Shown here piece after piece: positions 56,231 through 64,000 of a stretch of 64,000 nucleotides of DNA. The stretch is taken from positions 62,001-126,000 of the forward strand of contig JBLDXI010000056.1 in NCBI GenBank assembly GCA_047495785.1. The letters run 5' to 3'. Numbering within the stretch: position 1 is the first letter of the stretch; every line of letters begins with the position of its first letter. The notes beneath the pieces were generated by a model. It searched no databases. It worked only from the letters and a program-made list of their open reading frames with translations, and was not told the origin of the DNA. This DNA comes from Lepidodermella squamata. Taxonomy: Eukaryota > Animalia > Gastrotricha. The position numbers were made by a program, and so were the translations under genes.

Positions 56231-57109
56231 TCAGACCGGTGATGGCTTTTTTGTCGTACTCGGCCGCGGAATATTGCACGGTTTATCGTTGTTAGCGCTG
56301 CTTTCTGACCGTAAATCCGTCACAGCCTGATGATATCCAGTGTGAAAACCGGCCATGTACCAACTCATGAGTGCGCAGTGCAGAGTTGACGACGAGGGGC
56401 CAGCTGGTGACTGCATAAGAGGCATAGCACTCGGCGAAAGTGCTGGAGGTAGCATAAACGCGTTCGGTGGACGCGAAGAAGAACAACCACAAGAACCACA
56501 AGAGCCACTGGCTTTTTGATGTTGCTGATCTTGTTGAATAGACGGAGAGTAATTACTGTATTGATGAGTAGATTGTTGTTGCGGTTGCTGTTGTTGAGGC
56601 TGTTGCGGATGTTGAGGTGGATGATAAGTAACCGGAGCGATTTCGTTGAGTAGTTTTTCATCCTCCTCATCATAACCGACATATCGAACGGTGCAAGAGA
56701 AGGTAGACTTTGAGATCTCAATAATTTCTGCCTCGTAAGGCATCCCATCTTCATATAACGCCATACACTTATCACCCACTTTCCAGCGAATTTGGGGCGA
56801 GTGAGATGCGAAAGATACATCCTCATTAGGCTTGCTACCTTGGCTTTCGTTGTGTTTCGTGTTTTTCAACGCTGATTTGATTGGCTTGCGCTTGACATCG
56901 GGAGTGACGTCTGATCCTTGAAGCTTGCTCAAAGCTAGCTTTCGGCTTTTCTCGTACGCGCGAATCAATGCTTCATCGTCAATATCGACTTCGTCGTCTA
57001 GAGAGGAAGAATTATCAGCTGGGTCTTTCGAAGCACCTCTACTCCAGATCACAGAACCTGCTGCAGCTGAAGCTGTATTTCCAGAAGCGCTATCCATAAC
57101 TATTGACAT
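56231..57109 (-). CDS. SMN: Survival motor neuron protein, intronless
   Basis: DDEALIRAYE (Gemin2-binding), Tudor WKVGDKCMALYEDG..YEAEI, YG-box LMSWYMAGFHTGY. Start at 57109 or 57097. Confidence 0.93.
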   Translation of the reverse strand: MSIVMDSASGNTASAAAGSVIWSRGASKDPADNSSSLDDEVDIDDEALIRAYEKSRKLALSKLQGSDVTPDVKRKPIKSALKNTKHNESQGSKPNEDVSFASHSPQIRWKVGDKCMALYEDGMPYEAEIIEISKSTFSCTVRYVGYDEEDEKLLNEIAPVTYHPPQHPQQPQQQQPQQQSTHQYSNYSPSIQQDQQHQKASGSCGSCGCSSSRPPNAFMLPPALSPSAMPLMQSPAGPSSSTLHCALMSWYMAGFHTGYHQAVTDLRSESSANNDKPCNIPRPSTTKKPSPV

Positions 57110-57969
57110 ACATCTAACAAACTGTGAGTGAAAAAGTGAAGTGTTAGTGCACAGTGATATGTAAAAGAGAAACCGTGGAAGCTGAGTGAAGGAAAATGTG
57201 AAATGTGTGACCATCGAAACTTGGGTCTTAGAAAACAGTTAATTAAACCCTTCAATCACGATCAAGAAAGAGTACTGTAAAATGAAAATTTTCATGAAAG
57301 GAGCAATAAAGACCCAGGGAGATGGATGCAACACAACCTCGTTATATGGCTAAAAACCACGATGCAATGATTGAAAAACAATTTCTGTGGTATGATTCAC
57401 TCAGAAGACTTCATCCAGCCATATATAAGTGTCGTCGCAATCTATCGCGCGGAGTTTATGCGGCTTGCTCGTAGCCCGATCTCAAAAAGTTCAAGTCTTT
57501 ATGGATTGTGGAGTGAGAATCAGATGAGCCCGCGTGGTTTTCAACGTCAAGGACGCGCGGGCTCTTCAGTCCTTCCGCCGGAAACTCAATTCAGTTTTTC
57601 GACAGGTTAGACAATAAAAAGTCGGCATATTACGCTTCAGAAATATGCAATTTATTGTCACTAATAGCTTTGATTGAAAAGCTGAATAATTAAATATAGT
57701 TCAAAAATAAATGAACCCGCCTTTAAAAATCAAAATCTTCCGCCGCGCGAGCTGGTTCCGAAGATTTGCCCGACTCAGAACACTCAGACCTTTTCAAGCT
57801 ACCAAAGCTTGATTGTTGATTCTTCTTTATTTCTGCGTGATCGCTTATCGCTTGTGATGACATTTAACTGTACCAACAATCTGCTAAGGTTTCACCAGCT
57901 CTGTCTTTTCTCTTCCTTTTCTGCTAATTCATGCCTCATGCTTCATGTATGATTCATTATTTGCATTAG

Positions 57970-60900
57970 ATGGAAGAACCCTCGTCTAGCTTGCCTACAG
58001 AACTCAACTTCTTGCTAAGAGGCAGAGCTCCAGGAAAACGTCAGATTAAACCAGTTTCTATTGAGCAAGCTCAAGCTAGTTTGGCGTGGGTAAAAAATAT
58101 TTGCGGAGACGACGATGAGGAGGAAGATGCCGATGGCGCCCCTGATATAATCTCGCCCAAAGCTGCCTCAGAAAATGGCGATGATGGCGAGACGCAGGAA
58201 GAATTAGATGAAGATGAGGCAGCGGACGACGAAGAGGAGGAAGCCTCTATAGACGAAGAAGCTAGCGACGAAGAAGAAGACAGGGGCGAACATTCTGCTG
58301 ACGAAGAGGAATCAATCGATGAAGTTGGACCGGAAGATCTTTCTGAAGATAACCCTGTTGAATCAGAGAAAAAAGTTGATCACAAGTCTCTGAAACTTGT
58401 TGTGAAGCGTGCTGTTCAAGTTTTCACGGTTGAAGAGCAGCACGAAGATGAACCTGAACAGGTTCCAGCTGGCCTCGGTTTCTTGCTTAAAACTCGCGCA
58501 CCTGGCAAACGCAAGATCAAACCAGTCTCTGCCGAGAAAGCTGCAATTCTCGCCGAGCTTGGTGGCAGTGATGATGACGATGAGGATTTCCAATGCGCGG
58601 CTGACCTTCATGAAATCGACGACAACAGTAACACATCAGCCGCTAGCGAAGACAGCGATGATAGTGACTACTCTCCTGCCAAGAAGAAAACAGTCAACAA
58701 GAAGAATGGCCACAAAAATGGTTACCATTCAGACGATTCAGACGTTCAAATAACCAAAGAAGAACACAACTCTATCCATATTGATCTCGATTCATTCGAT
58801 AATTCATCATCAGTGTCATCGAAACCTCAAGAATTGCCCTCAGGTAGCGGTCCGAAGGTCGAAACACTAGTTTGTTTAGTTTGTCTGAAAGAAAATAACG
58901 ATAATCCTGATAATGAGCTTGTTCAATGTGATGGCTGTGGTATAGCCTGCCATGTTTTATGCTATGGTATGACCAAAGTCAGACTACTCGCTATTGATCT
59001 TTAATTCATTCGTTTTTCTATAGGAATCGGCGAATTGAGTGATTTAGGCATGGATGACGGCAGATCCACCCCGCTGTCTACAGCTTCGACTGAGCCGTGG
59101 TTTTGCGACTCGTGTCGTGCCAGTTCTCACAAAGTTTCTTGTCAGCTATGCCCAAACGAGGGCGGAGCTTTTAAGCAAACAGATTCAGGCCACTGGGTAC
59201 ATCTAATTTGTGCCCTTTACACCGGCTGCAGCTTCGGCGAAGTCGGTGGTCTATCACGTGTCAATGTTAACACTATCAAACAGAAACAATGGGGCTCTCG
59301 GGTTTGCTCACTATGTCCGGATCCTCAATTTGCTAGCACAGGTTCGTCGTCGAATATTTTCTACAGTCTTGTTTTTTTATTTAAAAATTTTCAACAGGAG
59401 TTTGTATCTCATGTGATGCTGGAATGTGTCGAATGGTTTTCCATGTAACGTGTGCTCAACGTGAGGGCCTATTAGCCGAAGCTCCAGTGGCCGTAGCAGC
59501 TTCAGTACTCACATCAGCCATGCATTCTCCGATGGCGAAAATGCCGAAAGCGCATAGAAATGATTATTCGTCGGACGAGGAGGAAAAAAAGCAGCGCAAA
59601 CGGCAAGCAGCTGCTACCGAAGCAGCTGATCCGTTTTACGCATGTTGTAAACGGCATTCGAATCCGGAGGCCACAAAGAAAAACAGACGAAATTGTTTGG
59701 CTGCTTTTCGGATTTGCAATACTTTCAAGCAAGACGATCGATGGGAATTAGGTAACATTAATTAACCATTTTTGCGATTATACTTTTATTTTATGAAAAA
59801 TCCCAAATCGTGCACTACCACAGTTATAATTACATCTTCAGGTGCGGATTAAACGATCACGCGCCTTTCGGATAAATTGATCCCCTTAATATAACTAGTC
59901 CGTTGATAACCTTATCATTCGGAATTCTGGTTACATTTCGAAATTCTTTTAATTCTATCAATTTTTGTATTATGTATGTCTTAGCTCAAAAGCAATTTAG
60001 GCAATTTAGGTAAATAGCTAGGTTAGCAGATGATCGTTCCAATAGTCCTATTGTCCTTAAAACTAGGTTGAGGAGCGATTTCGCCTTTAAACTATGCCAT
60101 TAAGCAATCAAGGCCCTCAATTTTACATTATAATCCAATTCGAAAAAGAGCTTCAAGGCAAGAACATTCAAATGCTAGAACCACGGCAACAACATAATAC
60201 AACAGTAAGTTGTATTATAAAATGAAAATATTTTTAGACTATATCTCCGAAATTGTGAAGATCGAAAAGTTATAGATGGGTTCTATAAGTTCAGGTTTTC
60301 TTACATTTCGAATAAAAGTTGATTCTAACGTTTCTGTATGATTATTTTCCAGCTCTTGGCCGTGATCGGTACGAGCGGAAGTTGGTCGGAGCTCGCGAGC
60401 GGTTTTTGTCGCGAACTCAGCGCCAAGTCGCCTCGTTCCAATCATCAGTCTCAACAGCACTAACGTATCAATCGCGGCCGTTGACGTCGTGCCCAGGCGC
60501 CGTGAAACGCGCCCTGCTCAAGGCGAAACTCGGCGGCGTCGAGGAGGAGCAGTTTGTCATGTCGCCATCGCACAACTCGAACAGCGCAGCAGCCTCCGCC
60601 TCCCACTATGCCCCGCTTTCATTCACCTCCCGATTCTGCCAGTACTACGAGGCGAGAAATCGAAGAATCGACGAGCTACGCCTGCTGGCCTCGACATCTA
60701 ACAGCCAGCAAAACGAGGCAACTCTGGAAGAGAACGAGTTGAAAAAGACGTACGAGGTGTTGTTTCAAAGCGTTCGCCGGCATCGAGATCAGGGCGATCG
60801 AAATTGCCAGGAACTCGCTGAAATTTACGCGAATGTCGTAGATTTGCTGAAAAAATTCTACCCCGACGACGAGTCTATCAGCGAATACTCACTGCCAGAC

Positions 60901-61581
60901 GATCTTAAAGCGCCAGTCTCGGATAAGAAACAATTCGAGACTGAATTGAAAGAAACAGCGGGTATTTCGATGTTTGAATGTGCGGTTTGTAAGCAGACCC
61001 GCGAGCAGCATATGCTAATGGCGTGTGGGACTTGCGACCGCAAATTTCACTGCTTCTGCTTGGACCCTCCCCTATCTCAGCCTTGGACAACGGGACCAGG
61101 TAAAGGCTCGAAGCGGAATTCGGCTGGAAAATGGGCGTGGGAGTGCTATTTTTGTTGCCCGTCCTCGAGTGATAACGACGTTGTGAGGAAGGACGTGGAT
61201 GTCGATGCGCCGAGGCAGTTGCGGCGAGATATCAAAGCGCCGCAGCGTTTTATCGCATTTTCCGAAAATCCAGGCCCGCAATCCGACTCAAAACTGCCGA
61301 AACCGGTCGAAGAAACTCGGAAAGTCGAGGAAAAACCCGCGGCAAAGGGGCGAAATGTGTGCTACACGCACCGGGGCGGCAAAAGGGGCGGCCGAGGCGG
61401 TGGTGGAAAGGGTCAGAAACGCGGTCAGAAAAGTGTTGAAAATGCGGGCGACGATGGCCCGCTCGCGAAAAAGCAGTCGGTGCCTGAAATTCCGCCGATT
61501 TCTGTCGCGATTCTGTCGAAATCTCCGACTAAGCCCGCCGATCCGAAGGTCTACGATTTTTCGTCCGAGTCCAATGAGTGA
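57970..61581 (+). CDS. PHF14: PHD finger protein 14 homologue; about four exons
   Basis: Acidic N-terminus; PZP module (CLVC...[56 protein letters not shown]); coiled coil; further PHD (CAVC...CGTC...HCFCLDPPL). Confidence 0.88.
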
Positions 61582-62818
61582 AAAATGTTTGCTGTTTAGT
61601 CATTTGAATGAAACGCAACGTGGAAATTTTGTTTAAATTCAAATTTAATTCGATGTTTTTCAACTGGGCCTTGGCTGAATTTTCGAATTTTTCTCGTTGC
61701 GTTTCTGAATTATTTCATAAACTGCTGTAACTTGAACGACCATCAAAAACTGGAAAATCATTACGCTATGTACTTTCAATCGACTTTCATCCGAAAAATT
61801 ATTGCTCGTCGTTTTCTTTCTCTCTTCACCCTGCGATAAATTCCGCAAAATATGCTGGCCATCTCTCTTGCTCCTGCGTATTCTTATTGTTAATTCTCTA
61901 TTCACGGTGAATGTATGTAAAATTCGTGTGATACTTGCCTTTTATTGTTCAGCTGAAAGATTGTATTGTTACCTGCAACTCGATGATGCTAATAACTGCG
62001 CTAGTAATGATTTAAAAGCTGACCAAACAATGTCAAATGTCTTTTACGCAATTTTATACCTATCGATATACGCAATTCTGTCGTGTATTAAACAAAGCTT
62101 GATTAATTATTAACACAGTTTGATCGGTTTATTGCTCGGGGAATTCGATTGATCACAAAATTTAGCGGGGCTTATTTAAAGCAACAACCATGTTAACATC
62201 GCAAAAATTCAACTGAAGAAATACGTTTTGTTCCAAATTTTTCCATGTAGATTTTTTAATGCTATAATATTTCCTAATTTCAGGAATTTCTTGATAAAAA
62301 CTTATTCATATTCTGTGGAAATTAAGATTGAAGATCCCTTAGTTGGTATTAATTTTTTACTCTTAAATACATTAACATGGGCGATTTGTATTTCAAAAAT
62401 CTATGACGTGGGCGATTTAAAATTATTTCTGGGTCTTAAGAAGCCAAAAGTAAATGTTGGTTTTAATTTTGGGCCCTAATTTTAGCGTTGCAAAATTTTG
62501 ACTATTTCATTTGCCTAGAATATTAATTGTGATTAATTGTGAAATAAGAATGATTTCCATATAATTTTTCGCGATTTTAGCGTAAGGTGTGAGAGCAGTG
62601 TTATAAACCATTTTTTAGTAATTTTGGGTTATTCGCCAAGCTTAGAAATTCGATCCCGTCAAACGACACTCCGTTAATTTGTTAGCCCATATTTTGCTCA
62701 AATTGTCAATTTTTCCTTAAACAAGTTTAACGACCGGTTTGGATTTTTTCACATGTTTAATTCGGATTTTTATAAAAACTTAATTTTTAATTTTAGTCAT
62801 ATTTTATCTTGATAAATA

Positions 62819-63394
62819 ATGGGAGCGCAACAGCCCGGTGGCCAGCGGAACCGCGACGGTGCGGGTAAGGACGGCGACAAGCCGAAGCGTAAATACGAAC
62901 CGCCCGTGCCGATGAGCCGCATCGGTCGCAAGAAGAAGCGCGTGAAGGGACCGGAGGCCGCGTCCAAGTTGCCGCAAGTTACGCCGCATACAATGTGTCG
63001 ATTAAAACAACTCAAACTCGAGCGAATAAAAGATTACCTACTCATGGAGGAGGAATTTATTCGCAATATGGAGCGTCTCAAGCCGATCGAGGAGAAGGAG
63101 GAGGAAGAGCGGTCCAAGGTGGACGACTTACGCGGCACCCCCATGTCGGTTGGGTCGCTGGAGGAAATCATCGACGACAACCATGCGATCGTTTCGACTT
63201 CGGTCGGTTCCGAGCACTACGTGTCGATTCTGTCCTTTGTCGACAAAGACCAGCTGGAACCGGGTTGTACGGTACTGCTGAATCACAAAGTGCATGCCGT
63301 TGTCGGCGTGTTGGCCGATGATACCGATCCGATGGTGGCGGTTATGAAGCTTGAAAAAGCGCCGCAGGAAACCTATGCCGATGTCGGTGGTCTA
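62819..63394 (+). CDS. PSMC1: 26S proteasome AAA-ATPase subunit Rpt2, first coding exon (gene continues beyond the window)
   Basis: [67 protein letters not shown], followed by a GT donor. Confidence 0.97.
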
Positions 63395-64000
63395 GGTAAA
63401 AAATTATTTTTATTCCTCGTCTTAGTTTAAAATAGTACAGCAAAAAATATGGCGAAAAATATGGTACAATATTGACTAATTTTGTAACAATTCATTTTCA
63501 AATGATTAGAAACGAGATTAAACTTCAAGATTAATTGATTAATATTTAATTAAGACTAATTAAAGATTAATTCGAAAAGTGACCCATTTGCGTAACCAAA
63601 TTTTGGAATTTTTTATGTGCCTAAAACCAGTTTTCGAAGCGCATAAGGTTGCCATGATCGATCGGCATGATTTAAAATAATTACCGTTGAATTGAGCGTG
63701 AAATTCTGTTCAAGACGCACTCTTCACTGTAGAATTCATATATTGCCTCAATTTCGTCGAAATAATCGAAAATAGACATTTTTTAATCTAAAATTTGGTT
63801 CCGCAACTGGTAAATTTGTTCCGCTAAAAGATATTCTATTCATCTAATTCAACGTAAATTTAATTGGATTTTGCCCAAACAAAAGAGATCGTTCAATGTT
63901 TCTTAAAAAACTTGTAATAGAGAAGAAATTGGGTGGAGTTGGAATATTTGTTCAGGAAACATTCAGGTTTTATCGGCAATCTTCTAGCGTTTCAGCATTG

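Overview
Eukaryotic (animal) genomic DNA from a compact genome with many 50-60 bp GT-AG introns. Positions ~1-17.3 kb hold a largely intact Polinton/Maverick (adintovirus-like) endogenous virus. It encodes a protein-primed PolB, a PLA2-integrase-chromodomain fusion, a packaging ATPase, probable penton, core and major capsid proteins, an adenain protease, a VLTF3-like protein and a fibre-like protein, followed by a 73-bp subterminal array and a likely right end at ~17329. The left end is not visible. The strongest new signal is a canonical -1 ribosomal frameshift cassette (A_AAA_AAC, 7-nt spacer, 17-bp stem) that would fuse the upstream core/membrane protein to the maturation protease. A TCTA motif also sits 16-26 nt upstream of eight virion-module genes but not the protease. 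The rest is host DNA: a three-member family of small secreted cationic precursors (one hidden antisense in a PRMT5 intron, with an amphipathic AMP-like peptide behind a stop codon), a duplicated cluster of mosaic CCP-trypsin-LamG-like proteases, CFAP107, a CDKL kinase, UBE2J, RER1, a tyrosine kinase pseudogene, METTL9, PRMT5, SMN, PHF14 and the start of PSMC1. There are also LINE and Helitron remnants, several MITEs and two P-element-type excision footprints. All family assignments come from motif recognition by eye, with no database searches.
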